64,000 nt of DNA from Octopus vulgaris (Eukaryota), in the NCBI GenBank assembly GCA_951406725.2, contig OX597824.1, forward strand, positions 5,952,001 to 6,016,000, in the 5' to 3' direction. The notes under the pieces were generated by a model, which was not told the DNA's origin, made no database searches, and worked only from the letters and a program-made list of their open reading frames with translations. Of this stretch, positions 15,243-29,431 are shown in pieces (the stretch's first letter is position 1; the number at the start of each line of letters is the position of its first letter). The position numbers and the translations under genes are program-made.

Positions 15243-15908
15243 TGCCTGTGTATTATACTCGTCTCCAAATTTGCCGTACTCTCTTGAAAATAAGTGAAGT
15301 AGTTGTAGGTTAAACTTCATAAGTAATACACCAATTTATAGAACTGAACTGAGGCACGCTTCCAGCAAGGACATATTCTTGCATTTCGTAATAGAATATG
15401 TTTTGAATAGTCTGTTATTTGGATTAGCTCATCTTTGTGTGACACTTGACTCCCAGTACAATACGGGTGATGAACGTTCAATCCCGATCATTGATGATCC
15501 AAATTCATACGGCATCATCCTGACAAAAACCAAGCATGAAAACAGGTAGACATATCGATAGATAGATAGATTGATTGATAGGTACAGAGATACATGCATA
15601 TATATATTTAGAGAGAGAGGGAGTGAGAGAGAGAGGGAGCTGACAGACAGACAGGTAGATGAAGCGAAGCGAAGCCAAGCCAAACCGTCTGTAATAGTGA
15701 CACCAATGCCATGGCGCTGACTGTTGGGCTGGTAGCTGTGGTCAGTCAGCCCAATGTCGCCCAGTGCGAGTTCTGGTCGACATAGCGCTGACTGACGGCT
15801 GCCGGGCAGTCGTACTGTACATATTACATGTACATCTCTATATACATGTATACATATACATACAGTAGAGAGATGTTTTTATTTCACATTTAACACGTAA
15901 TACTGAAA

Positions 15909-16244
15909 TAGTGGAGAAGATATGATATTGCCGTGGGCCCGCCCTAGGCAAGAAGTTAAACAATTGTTTTGCCCATCACACTACATGGACCCTAATTAAG
16001 GCATGTGTTATATTTGAATGAAATTGGTCGTGTAATTCTCAAGTTTTAGGGATTCATAGTGGAGAAAATATGATATTGCTGTGGGCCCGCCCTAGTCAAG
16101 AAGTTAAAATCTTTTTGCCCATGAAACTACACGGACCCCAGTAAGGCATCTGTAAAATTTGAATGAAATTGGTTGTGTAGTTCTCAAGTTTTAGGGATTC
16201 ACACAGACAGACACACACACATTCCCAGTTTTATATATATAGAT
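15909..16244 (+). mobile_element. Tandem-core non-autonomous element (HINE/Helentron-like): two 148-bp units, CAGA/CA tract, TTTTATATATATAGAT end
   Basis: Units start at 15909 and 16057 (TAGTGGAGAA.ATATGATATTGC.GTGGGCCCGCCCTAG.CAAGAAG); layout resembles rolling-circle-derived HINE/DINE elements. Confidence 0.6.
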
Positions 16245-16558
16245 AACACGTTCCAAAATAGCGAAGAACATTGAATGGAATTCATACTTTGCAATTGTGT
16301 GGTGAGCAATACAAGATTAGCTTTGTAAATAATGGCGTCTTTCTGGTCTATGTTATAATTTTATTATTTGCTGTACAATGTAATAAATCTGTTGCCACAG
16401 ACCGATATGTGATCATTGTTATTGTTGGATATATAGACATATCCAAATAGATATACATTACATACATACGCATGCATACATGCATATATATGTACATACA
16501 TACACATATGAATATGTGTATGTATGTACATATATCCACACACACATATATATACACC

Positions 16559-16646
<88 letters not shown>

Positions 16647-16731
16647 TATATAAAGACAGAGAAGGAAATTGAGATTGACAGACAGACAGACAGACATATT
16701 GATAAACATGTATACGAGTATATATACATGC

Positions 16732-16807
<76 letters not shown>

Positions 16808-16814
16808 ATGTGTG

Positions 16815-16864
<50 letters not shown>

Positions 16865-17604
16865 TGTTTAATATACGCACGTAACCAATAATATAACCAG
16901 ATTTTCTTTGTGTATTTGCAGTCGTAATATCATAAAGATTCATATAAGCGTACTTGCTTATCAATGATTATAATGGCAGTCAATTGACTTAGGCGATTAA
17001 ATGAAGCCCAATTATATAAACATACGAATTTGCGAAGAGGTCAAAGTTCCCACCGACGCCAGCACCGCCACAATTAGTCAATCAGTACTTTGAAGGACCT
17101 CGCTGAATATTTAATATTTCTGTGTGTTATTTACTTCATACATAACGTGGAAGTTTGATATTCGGCGAATGGTTATTTTCCATATAGAATTACAAACACA
17201 TGTCATTAATTCGGTGGTTGTTCATTGAGTGTCTATGTAAGAATATCATCATAGGAAACATTCTTTGGGGCCGTTCTGTATTTATTTTTAGAAGTTCATT
17301 TAAACGTCGATGATAATTCGAGCCGATACACTGCATCTCGGTCCGATGCAACTATTATGTAAACCTTCCTTGTATTACTCAGTTCAATCTTTTAAAGCAT
17401 GGCAGTGTTTATTGGGTATACTCCTTATGCTTGAAACTATTGAGACAAGAACTTCATGAATCCAATGCTGAACAACAGCAATCCCAGCTGTAGGTGGATG
17501 TACAACCTATCTAATCACACAGATAGGCAAAGCACAAACTGACAACACAAGTGCAACATGGGTGTGAACACGGAGCTTTATATATATATATATATATATA
17601 TGTT

Positions 17605-17775
17605 ACTAGTAATGATAAGACGACAAAAGAATGAAGGAGACCTCGATATTATGTAAATAGAGGAATTTATCTGTGATATATGTGACAATTATTCGATTGT
17701 CATAAGACTCCGAGTTTCGGATGTCGGGGCGGAAATCTGCTCCGGCATCTCGTCAGTTATCGAGGCAATCAATTA
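17605..17775 (-). mobile_element. Short hammerhead-bearing PLE pLTR-like unit (family H2) between TA tracts
   Basis: Homologous to 39378-39527 (ACAGATAAATT.CCTCTATTTACATAATAT, AATAATTGTCACATAT, CCGAAACTCGGAG). Confidence 0.7.
17702..17760 (-). ncRNA. Type I hammerhead ribozyme with canonical core
   Basis: Minus strand: AUAA-CUGACGA-GAUGCCGGAGCAGA(UU)UCCGCCCCGACAUC-C-GAAA-CUCGGAG-UC-UUAU; CUGANGA and GAAA cores, GUC cleavage triplet, stems I, II and III all pair. Confidence 0.75.
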
Positions 17776-17849
17776 ATATATGTATATATACATAAGATGA
17801 AATTTTATAATTTGAAGAACATAACGGAGCGATCGATGTAATCGCAAAG

Positions 17850-18070
17850 TACTAAAAGCAGTAATTCCGCTTGGACGAATAGGTTGCCGGGTTCAGAGAC
17901 GTTTGGGCGACTTCTACAGCTAACAAATGGTTTGCAAGAGGCGGAGAAGAACCACTTGCAAAGCCACCAAAAACATGGAAAGTTGATTTGTAGCGAGATG
18001 GAAAATAATGGCGCAAATACGACAAAATTCGAAGCGCATTGTGACCAGCGGTGGTTAACAGCATCTAGTG
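17850..18070 (+). mobile_element. Degraded RTE-type LINE C-terminal remnant
   Basis: One frame gives WFARGGEEPLAKPPKTWKVDL, resembling the RTE W.PR.GKRP.GRPP.RW.DD motif. Confidence 0.35.
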
Positions 18071-18239
18071 GCCTGGTTGATACAGTGATACATGCACACA
18101 GACACTCACACTCACACACACATATGCACTTATACACATAAACTGAGACCAATTTAAGAGGCTGACTATGTGGATTTCACATTTCACTTATTGACAAAAC
18201 CTTGCTTGCTTCAAAGTCTAATCCTCCTATTTATTTTTC

Positions 18240-19193
18240 AGATAAATAACGAACTAATTCGACCAAAGAAAGTCGTGGAACAACAGAGTCGTTCAGCCAT
18301 TGTTGTCTTGGCGCTCGCCGGGCACGCTGCCAATAAAATTATGAAATTGACGAAACTTCCAAAAGCAACAGTTTATCGTGTGTATAAACAATTTAAAGGA
18401 GAGGGAAACATTGATAGAAAAGAACACAAATTCGATCGATTCCAAGCGCAATCCAAAATTTCTCGCTGACCTCAAACGCATTCATGACAACTCTTGCAAA
18501 GAAACGCAGTCTGTCCCTTTTTGTTATGACTAGCTATGTTCGGCAACGCCCGTCACCTCCTAAGAGTCGAGGCCAAAGCAATCAGAGCCGAGAGATGCCC
18601 AGAGTTTCTGTCTTTCATCAAGCATCAGGGTGCAAGGAAAACTCTCGTGCTTGGGGACAAGAAGAAGTTCTTTCTGGGTGCTGAGGTTCATCGTAGAAAT
18701 TCTCGAGTGTTTGCATGCAACCCATCCGACTTCTCCGCTGTGTTTGAGACAAAGAACACTGCCTCTGTGATGGTGTTTGGAACAGTGGAGAGCAGTAGAA
18801 GTGTCATGGTCCACATTTCGTCGAGTCTGGTTTGAATTCGGCAAAAAGGAATATCTAGACATCCTGAAGAACTCTATTACTTTGGATGGAACAGAAGTAT
18901 GGGCTTCACAATGCGGTGCTCATCCAGGATCCTTCATAGGAAAATGCCATTTTTTTGTGAGGGCCAACATCTGGCTTAGTAATAGCCCAGATCTCAAACT
19001 TCTCAATTACTATTTATGGGGCGTACTTCAAGCAAGGACCAATGCTTCATCACACGCGATTGTCAACAGTTTGAAAACCAGAATTGGGCGTGTCACACGC
19101 AAAATCAAAATGGCGGATGTAGTGGCAGCTGCAAAAGAATCTCGTTGTCTTGTGGAGGCAGTAATTGCCCAAAAGAGCGGTGATATTGAGTGA
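18240..19193 (+). mobile_element. Tc1/mariner-superfamily transposase pseudogene (maT/DD37D-like)
   Basis: N-terminal HTH RSAIVVLALAGH...TVYRVYK, VMVFGTV, and WLSNSPDLKLLNYYLWG (WP..SPDLNP.DY..WG motif); frameshifted. Confidence 0.8.
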
Positions 19194-19303
19194 TAAATAT
19201 AATATTGAAATAGATGTTACATTAAAATTACATGTGTCTGGTACTATTATTGTAGTATTTGTAACCAGTTTTATGCAGAGATGAATAATGATGATGTTCT
19301 GAA

Positions 19304-19519
19304 AGTCGGGAGGTGGCAGAAACGTTAGCACGCCGGGCGAAATGTTTAGAAGTATTTCGTCTGTCTTTACGTTTTGAGTTCAAATTCCGCCGAGGTCGAC
19401 TTTTCCTTTCATCCTTTCGTTTCGGGTCGATAAATTAAGTACCAGTTACGTACTGAGGTCGATCTAATCGACTAGTCCCCTGCCCCAAAATGTCGGGCCT
19501 TGTGCCTAGAATAGAGAAG
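19304..19519 (+). mobile_element. SINE family B with 24-bp TSD
   Basis: GATGAATAATGATGATGTTCTGAA at 19280-19303 and 19520-19543. Confidence 0.9.
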
Positions 19520-19640
19520 GATGAATAATGATGATGTTCTGAACAGAAAAGCATAGCATGAATCTGCAAAAGTTATTACTTAAATATAACGTATTTATGT
19601 TCTAGTCCCCATTTTCGCTGATTATATACACTGATAAAAA

Positions 19641-19671
<31 letters not shown>

Positions 19672-20414
19672 TCATATCTCTAACTAAATTTTACCGCACT
19701 CAACCATCTTTTATTATACTTCAGCATCTTATTAATTTGGAATGTTATGTTATTTTTGTTATTCACTGTTGAGAGTTCTCATTAAAAATGGCGATATTAA
19801 CTTTGAGCTATTGAATAAGCAAATAATCCCGATTGTCGTACCGATCATTGCAATGAGACGGTCTAAGACATCAGTTAATTCGCTGAAATCCATTGTTCAT
19901 TTGGACAGTAGTTAATTTAGAATATGTCATATCACCCTAAATATATACACAAATTGTAATATCCGTAAAATGTTGATAAATGTCTGAACAAGCTTTTGTA
20001 ATCGGAATGTACTTGTTAGTAATCAAATGAATTAGGTATCATTCATTCGGGAATATGCTACAGCAGTTGGAATACAGGAATAAGTTCTGTCTCTATCAAA
20101 TCTCATTCAAGTACAATGGACTTCCTGGACTCTGTTCGCACGATTCGCTGTATCACAGTGTTTCATTTAGCCTTGGGTCTCTGCTCGCCAACGAATGTCT
20201 TACAGTCGCATTATTTTGAAAAAAGAATTACGTTCAGTAAATGTTCGATGAATACACAATAGATTAAGCACGAGATGAATCGTATTCATTTCCTTTGATA
20301 ATAATTCCTTCTTGGTAATTGTAAACGTTGCAAAAATTATGTACATCACACACGCACACTCACACACACACACGGCGAGAAATGGATGAAAATATGAAGA
20401 AGGAAGAAAATAAA

Positions 20415-20741
<327 letters not shown>

Positions 20742-21099
20742 GTCGAAACTAGAGCTGGAAAAGAGAAGTTCTTTACAAAAATTACTATCAGTTTTATGTT
20801 TCAGAACGAATTCTTTAAAATGTGACAGCATTTTCATTCCAGTGTTGCTTTATAGATGTGTTTGGCTTAACCTGATCGAGATCAGTAATCACGTAATGTG
20901 GCTAACAGTTCAATACTATTGAACAAAGCATCTACAAGAGAAAGAATTGCCTGAGACTACATCTATATTTCAACAAAAACTGTAATATGCGATAACATTG
21001 TCGCATGTTAATATCAATGGGTTTCTATCAGATTTCTAGAATCGAACAGAAAGTGTTCGTTGCTATGCTTTGCTATGACAACAGCAACTAACACAGTTC

Positions 21100-23300
21100 A
21101 GAATACAAATAATTTGAGAAACTAACCAGAGAGATGTTTTTTGTTTTATAAATTTTATCTAAAGTAGCTTTGATGGGCCTGTTAAGGAAAATTTTGGTGA
21201 AGGTGAAATCACAGGAACCTGAAACAATTAATTTTAGCAATATGAGATCTGTAATAATGTCACTGCTTCGTCCTCGAAAGAAATTGATAATCGTTGAAAA
21301 CTTCGACGATTATCAGAATGTCAAAATATGGGCGAATTTATTTAAAAATTGTTCTCCAAATTGATGAGATTTAACCCGTTTTAAAAAGATTTATTTTAAT
21401 AAAATTGGGATTAAGTATAGAGTGTACAAAATGATTGATTCGGAGAACAATGTGTGGGATACAGACATCTTAGCTTTGTGTCAAATCATTAGAATATGTG
21501 CAACAGCTTGACATGGTCTCTAAATTTCAGATATATTGAGAACAAAAATAGAAATTATGTGTAAGCTTGAAAATATTGCAGTGTCATATGGCAATAAAAC
21601 AGATATAATCTAATTTTAAATGGCGATTTTGAGATATAAGTATGCATCGTTAAAAAGGTTGACGTCTGGTAAAACCTTTTCTAAAATATCGAAAATCACT
21701 TTCAAATTTAGCTTAAATGGAGGAAGAAGTTATGGGAAATTGGAAATGAAACAGCTTCGTGTATATCTGAAGTTGTGTAAAACAATACTACAATGTTTGA
21801 CTCAATGACGTCAACGTAAAGACGCAAATTGTCAATGCAAGTCAGGTAACTGTAATACATTAAAACTACAGGATGGATTTGAATAAATCAAAATTAAGAA
21901 AGTGCAATCTCCAACTAAAACAATTTGATGGATCACTCATTGAAATTTTGGAAAATTTAATGCATTAACGGAAACTGATAAGAGAAATAAAGGCGGTGAG
22001 TCGTACTGTAGCAGAAGCAATCATGGCTTCTGCCGTTTGGAGGTGATGAATGTTGATAGTTCAACATTAATTTATAAGATTAAAGCAACAGAACAATTTA
22101 GAAGATTAAGGGAGTTTCAGGCTACCATTCTTCTTGTCAAAGGAAATACCAGGCCATGTTATTCTGGGGCAAGACCATCGCTTCATACACATTAAAAGCA
22201 TCAGTGATAATGAACTTGAGGAAATTAATTAATGAAGGACTTTTAGAAGTATTTCGTTTAGTGGATCTGCGAAAGCCGGATGTGTGAATACTAGAACGTT
22301 GGCCTAAACGAAAGAATTTGACCAGATTCTTATCTGACTGTAACTACTGAATCGATATTTCATTCTCTTTCTAGCACGAATTGTTTTGCTAAATTGAATT
22401 TGAAAGGGGGCATATCATCAAATAGAAGTGTGTGCCGAAGCAAGAACTGTTATAGCGATAAATATGCCAACAGATCTTTTAAGATGGACATCTCTCCCGT
22501 ACGAGATTAAAACTTCCAACGTTATGTTTCAGAGAGAAGCTGAACATTTTCGAAATGACATTGATAATATTAATCTTTATCAAGAGGATATTTATATTAG
22601 TACTAAAACTGTTAAATATCTACATATCAAGGTAGATATGTTCATAAAAAGGTGGGAATTATCAGATCGGATGATAAATGAACTTAAGTTTGAGCTAAAG
22701 AACGACGGTTTAGGGGAAGGAAGCTGAAGATCATTTCATTGTTTCGAAGTGAGAATTATGGATGGTAATCTCTGAATGGGAAGCAATTACAATATTTTCT
22801 CAAACTTGTCAATTTCTATGACAGAGTAATAATTATTGGGAGGCTAACTCCGCTTACATTACTTCCTGAATATGATCTCCTACATAAATATAAGATATTT
22901 AACCCTATAAAACTGCTTTTAGTATCATAGCCCGTTATCCAAACTTATGATATCACGAAAGACATATCTTCAATAACATATGCCAGTGAAAATTCTCTGT
23001 CATAGATGCTTCCATAAGATAACCATCGTGTTTTAGTGTTTCAAAAGATGCATCTAAGCCTGAAACAAGATTCATACATGATGACAATATGGCCTTGACG
23101 AGAGTATGCTCTACCTGAAGGGCACTACGCTTCCTGCTTTGTAAGGATTTAGAATCTATTTTTAACAATACTTGCAGTCGACGGAAACTACGCGTCTTAA
23201 GAAATTTCCTCAAGAGAAAACTGGATTTAATTACGAAATAGGTAAACGCATCTAATACAATATGTTTTGATACTTATTGGGGCTGAATAATGTTCGCTAT
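21100..23300 (+). mobile_element. Degraded Gypsy/Ty3 LTR retrotransposon gag-pol remnant
   Basis: Gag-like EPETINF...LRPRKKLIIVE; RT-like AINMPTDLLRWTSLPYEIKTSNVMFQR...YQEDI (cf. INTP.GL....LPFG......FQ...YQDD); many stops. Confidence 0.7.
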
Positions 23301-23584
23301 GTTGAACCTAGTTACTATATGACGTTGCTATTTACATATATTTTGCAAAAAAAAAAAGCATCTATGAAATGTTAAAATATATACTTGATAACAGCCATAA
23401 AATATATATTATCTGATACATTAAGGGATGGTGATTGGAGTAAATGTTTTATTGCTCAAAGTCGATTAATGACAGGTAAACAATATTTTGCGAAACTGCA
23501 ATTGCAGAATGGTATCCATGCAAAAAAAACCATAAACCAAGGTATGCTAGATTTAAATCTCAGGTAATAATAAAACTGTGAAAC

Positions 23585-23995
23585 TTGAGGGCGATCAAAA
23601 CAGTACGATTTCGCCCCCACCTAAAGTCAATAATTGATGTTTACGGTGGTTTTCTGAAATGAAATTATGAAATTGATAACTTAGCTTTTTGTTTATGTTA
23701 TTTCTATGAAAATACAGCTTTTTTTTTTCTATTATTATATAAGCGTTTTTTTTAAAGCATAAATCCGTCCTCAAATACCATCCGAACCCTGTGTATATAT
23801 GTGTATATATGTGGGTCGCTGGCTTAGGGTGAAAGACAATACAAGAGGATGAATTAATTGTGATTTTATTCAACACGTTCCCTTCTCCCATTCGCACACT
23901 TATTGCGGCAGTTCTTCAGTTTTTCTAAGACATGTTAAAGAACTAGGAATGTTAGGCCTCCAGCCAGACATTTCAGAGAAACTTTTCAGCACCTC
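23585..23995. mobile_element. Tc1/mariner 3'-end fragments (two, opposite orientations)
   Basis: ACCCTG TIR-like end near 23790; minus strand of ~23870-23930 gives EKLKNCRNKCANGR, similar to mariner C-termini. Confidence 0.3.
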
Positions 23996-24535
23996 CTTGC
24001 ACACATACACACACACACAGACATGTATATATACTACGAATGATATTAGTGTCGGCCCTTAAATAACGAAAGAGATTTAACGAATTCACTCCCGTGAGAT
24101 TTGATAGCAGTCACACCATTCCTGTAGTAAATATCATTGTATGCATTCGAGCTTCTCCTACGTGACTGGACTATTTATGTTCACAGTGAGTTAGACAAAA
24201 GAGTTTGACCGTTCAGTTGTATAATGCTTCCATGAGAGACAGCATTGCGTGCGACAAGTGTGTTTCTCTCTACGAACGCAGTATGACACGACAAACTGTT
24301 TACAATGTTAATTGAAGTATCATTAGTTTACACTTAATATGCAGAATATTTTGCAAGACATTTTTGTATATATATCTGCGTGAGAAACTTTTATTTTCAG
24401 TCAGTGCGATAAAATATATGCGCACGCACAGTAACACAGGAATCCACATAGACTCACATATACATAGATATATAAATGTAAATATATGCACACACGTCTG
24501 TGTGTCTGTGTGTGTGAATATATTTACATGCATAT

Positions 24536-24812
<277 letters not shown>

Positions 24813-24979
24813 CATGTATGTATGTATATGTGAGTGTGTATGTGGATTTCCTTGTCTGTGTGTCTGCGCATGTATTTTATCGCATTCACACACACGTATA
24901 CATATGCCCTTACAAAACCCCATATATAGAGAGACGGACACACACTTGTGAATACGCATACACAACAAAGAAGGAAAGG

Positions 24980-26480
24980 TAAGTAGATCATCAATGAAGA
25001 AATGGTATTATTTGGTGTGGTCATTTTCGTGTGAAATGGTTCTCTTTTAACAACAAAGGTATCTGCAAGCAAGTCTACTTACCAATGTGGTCATAAACAC
25101 GTTTAGCTGGCTTGTGTTCCTGTATAGAGTTAATGATGGACATAGGAGACTTCCGTTGGCCCCAAGTATCATTAGGATCTCAGTATCATGTGCGTCCCGA
25201 CTGGTGTTGTTACTGCATCTTTTGCATATCAGCGCGATTTCTTTACGTGCATAGTTCATCTTGGCTGGGGTAGGGAAGGCCGATTTATAGTGGACAAAGA
25301 GCTCCCGGCAAGAGGGTTTTCTGTAGAACAACGTGTCTATTTTTCCCCAGGAAACATGGATTTTTGGAGAGTGAGTGTGTCCGATACTCAAAATGTTCAT
25401 TTACATTTCGTTCACTGGGGTCCTAGGTTAATGACCTTTGGTTTCTCCTGTTCAGTGGAAATCTTGTTTCCCTTGTGCATCTGTGTTCGATCTAAACAAA
25501 AACAGCTGTTATACCCCTCATTAGCTTTAGCTGTTGTTCCCTTTTGAGTTGATTTATTGAGTTCAGTCCACATTTTATGGCAAATATTAGTATTCTCTGC
25601 TGATTAATTATTGGTGCGAATTTTCCTGTTAAATGTTTCTTTCGCGGGGAACTTCATGTTTATTATTCATTCTGGGATTCGGCTGATTTTTGTTACAAGG
25701 TTGTTCCTTGTAGCTTTCACAGAATTTGGTTCATTAGTGAAATCGATTGCTATGGGTATAATTTTGGGGGTGTATTTTCCATTCCTATTTGTTTTGAAAC
25801 GAGAAACGTTCTTGCTAGTCTTTGGTATGTTAAGCATATGTTTAGCGGTCATACTCTATCCTAAAACGTTGTTTTTTGTTGAGTTTCCTGGCGAATGAGT
25901 TGTTTGAATCATGTTATTTCTTAAACTCCTTTTTATAATTTACTATCATTATTTCTTTACCATAATTACAAGGCCACGGATTCTGCGTTTGCACAATATG
26001 CTTTCTAGAATTCCAAAGCGTTTTGTAAGTGTAGCCCTTATGTTTTATTTGATACACGCTTCTTCCATTTATTAATCAATCTCTTTATATTTGTTTTCAT
26101 TGACCTAAGGTCGTAATCTTAGAAGTTCTATTTCCATATTCATTTTGTTTACACTCATTCGTTACTGCAGCTTTCTTTGTTGTTCTGGCTCTACAGTCAC
26201 TGCTTTTATTTGCAGTTTACGGGGTGAAGCCAGTGGGGTGAAGTTCATCAATTTATCATTAATGTCGGATTTGCAGTTCTTCTTTATCACGTTCCAATAG
26301 GCAAATTTTCTAGCCATTAGTTGCTTGTTACAGAGGTGTTCCATTTTATATTGAGTGATATATAACAATGTTGGGGAATCGATTATTTCCATTTCTGTTA
26401 TGGGGCATATGATGTTAACCGACATTTGTCTCTTCAACCCCGAAATCGATTTGCAAAACATTTAACACACTACACAGATA
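24980..26480 (-). mobile_element. Degraded Penelope-like retroelement
   Basis: ORF 25047-25400 FYRKPSCRELFVHYKSAFPTPAK...ICKRCS matches the PLE RT thumb (YRKP....H..S.HP...K....R..CS); asparagine/lysine-rich linker upstream. Confidence 0.65.
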
Positions 26481-26619
26481 GAATAACCCGGTCGAGAAAA
26501 GACGGGCGCTGCATATAGTTGATCTTCGAAGGTATTTTAAATGGTTGACATACCCATCAAATGGCAAATTATAGCACCTGATATAGAGGTCCTTGCAGAG
26601 GCGGAGTGTACAAGAACTA

Positions 26620-26870
26620 GTCATATCTACACAAATGGCTGAGCGGGCCATGTGTGTTTGGAAGGTAATCGGGTTCCAAAGCAGGCTGTTTTACGGTGAG
26701 CAGTGCAATGGAAATTGTCTTTACCACAAACAAATTAGAATGTACAAGGACTGCACAAAGAGTAGGATTTGAACACTGTCTCTATTAGCTTCACAAAGCC
26801 GTCTCAATTGAATCTAAGACCCTGTTAAAAGATGCATAGAAGCATTACGGAATGCGACGCAGTCTGAACG
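26620..26870 (+). mobile_element. RTE (BovB-like) LINE C-terminal remnant
   Basis: Translates with frameshifts to AGHV..., R.PK..FYGE..NG, and YKD. Confidence 0.55.
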
Positions 26871-27834
26871 CCTGACGTGCCCCTTCCTGCTGCCCACGGC
26901 TGCGTAGTCCTCTGTTTCAACTGTCTATGTCACGTCTTGCAGTCTTTTCAGTGTTCACAGAGCATTGAGCAGTAATCATGGTGTCAGTGATTTGATACCC
27001 AGGGTGATTCATCATGATACTAGTAACCATTTTCAATATTCACAAAGCATCCAGTGAGATAAATTCTCTCACTTACAACTTTTATTATTATACTCTCCAA
27101 CACCTTTGATTATGTACGATGCAGCAAGCTGCTCCTCAAAAGGGAGACGTGAAATCATAAAATTTTCTAATATCACATAAGTACGAACGTGTACTGTAGG
27201 ACTGTGTTCGTACATTCGTAAATTTATCCTCATGCAACAATGGCATATGTCTACATTAACACTGAAACTGTAAATGCACCCCAAACACACACTTTAAAAC
27301 AAGAATGACGCATCGCATATAAATATAGAACAACCAATGAATGTTGGAAAATATTGACTATTTTGAAGCAAGAATTGGTAACTAATTTGTCGTTTAAATT
27401 GGTAAACCAGAAATAATTGCACACAGAATCTTTTCTTTTTTCTTTTTTCTTTTCTTTGAATGAGATATTATGATGTTTTTTCTCGATGAAGCTGTAATTT
27501 TCCGACAAGTAAAATAAGTATAACATTAGTTATAGGTAACCAGTATTTTTTCGTCTTATTTTCGATAATTTGAATTTAAGACACCGGTGGATAATTTGTT
27601 ATTCAATACTTAGTATTATTTTGTTTCCTGTGTGATGACGAGTGTGTTATTGTCATTGCAAGAATTATCTTTGCTTTTATTTGTTTAACATTGCCGTTTT
27701 TGCAAAACTATTATTCTTAATATTTCCATAAATTGGATAATTTACGCTATCATACATTTCCGGACCAAAACATAATCTACGCAAAAGATGGTTTTATGTG
27801 TGTATGCCTATATATATATATATTATATATATAT

Positions 27835-27835
<1 letters not shown>

Positions 27836-27869
<34 letters not shown>

Positions 27870-27872
27870 TAC

Positions 27873-27921
<49 letters not shown>

Positions 27922-27940
27922 AGGATAGATAGATAGATAA
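27836..27940. repeat. (GATA)n microsatellite
   Basis: Directly visible. Confidence 0.95.
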
Positions 27941-29184
27941 CTAAATAGGTTGGTGAATAATGCTCGTTTCCTTGTAATCAACTTGCGTTTCCATGATTTT
28001 CGCCGTCATTGATTAAGATAATCCAGATTAAATTAATCCGCACTAAAATATCAAATAGTTATGTGTATATAATACCAGATGAGGACACGTGTCTGATTAC
28101 TAATCTTTCTTGTAACGTAACATTCCATTAACATTATCTCAATTTATGTAATCTCTTAACTATGCACATCAGAAATCTACATCAAATGCTTTTTCCTGCT
28201 ACGTTAATCTTTAGCTCTCATCAACCAACATCAAGCATTCCACCATATTGTTCTTCATTCATTCAGTGTCGTTACTCAACATTCCTGCGTTGTTTTCTTG
28301 TACATCATTTTTACCGGTTGATCAACCGTGAATTATGATATTTTCTCAATGAAATTCCTTCATTGCCCTTGTTTTCCCAACCCACCTAGAAGAGGAGAAA
28401 GTTGAAGATGGATTTACCATTCCTTGATATTCAGCTTTAACTACATCTTTATCTAATCGCATCTTTAATTTGCAACAATATCTGAGATTATAGCAATTGT
28501 CTTCCGTTATTTTGGGGATAAATGATGGGTAAATAGTTAAATAAATCGCAAAAATACAGACCGAAAGTTGTGAAGTTTGAAAATTAAATGGGTGAGCCTT
28601 CATATCTCGAATTATTTCCTCCTCTATTTTTATATATCCTCCTCTATTCTTTCCTTATGAGAGATACTCAGCCATGTCGTTATCTTATATATGAATGAAT
28701 TACCGGGTGTTGTCTATGCATGGCTACCTTTGCTAGAGCTAGAGTATTGATACGGTTGTGTTATATTATCCCAACAGCCCATTTTGGTGGTTATAAATTT
28801 AGTCCATCTCCTTCCCTTGCCGTCACCATTCGGTTCTTCTCGATGTTCATCGCGTTGCAAGCATTTAGGAACAATCTTCTCTGGTTATTTTCGGAAACCG
28901 TGGAATAACCCGCTCTACTCTAAATCAAGCCCCTAAACAGGTAAAATCTAGCTCAACAGCAGAGCGGAAAGTATTGCATCAGCGAGGAGTATTTATTCAA
29001 CTCTTAATAATGAAATCAGAAAATAAAATACTGAAAGAATAATGAGCATATCGGAAGTAGAAATCACTCATTGATGACTGGGCGATTACGGAATGCCAAA
29101 CATCGATTTGACACATACATGAGAAAATATAATCTTTCCTCGTATAAGTAGAAGACCAGTAGTATTTGAAGGGAGCGTGTAAAC

Positions 29185-29345
29185 GATATCATCGACCTTA
29201 GTGTTTAATTGGTATTTTATTTATCGATTCCTATAGAGTGAAAATCTGATTTGACCTCGGTGGCATTCAAACCCAGAAAGTAAAGCGTCGGAAGAAACTG
29301 TGCAAATCAATGTGTTCGATGCACTAACGACTCAGCCAAGTCAGG
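29185..29345 (-). mobile_element. Old, diverged SINE family B copy
   Basis: ATCGACCTTAGTG..TGGTATTTTATTTATCGA...TTGACCTCGGTGGCATTCAAACCCAGAA resembles family B in reverse. Confidence 0.55.
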
Positions 29346-29431
29346 CATAAGTTAAATATAAGAATGGAATGAACTAATTCCTGATGTTTTTTCTTGCCAT
29401 CATTGTTTTTGCCATTATTTATCCTAGGTTC

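Noticed and set aside
28077-28105. Hammerhead-like CAGATGA-GGACACGTGTCT
   Set aside because: The palindrome is present but the GAAA core is absent (TGATT follows) and there is no stem I or III
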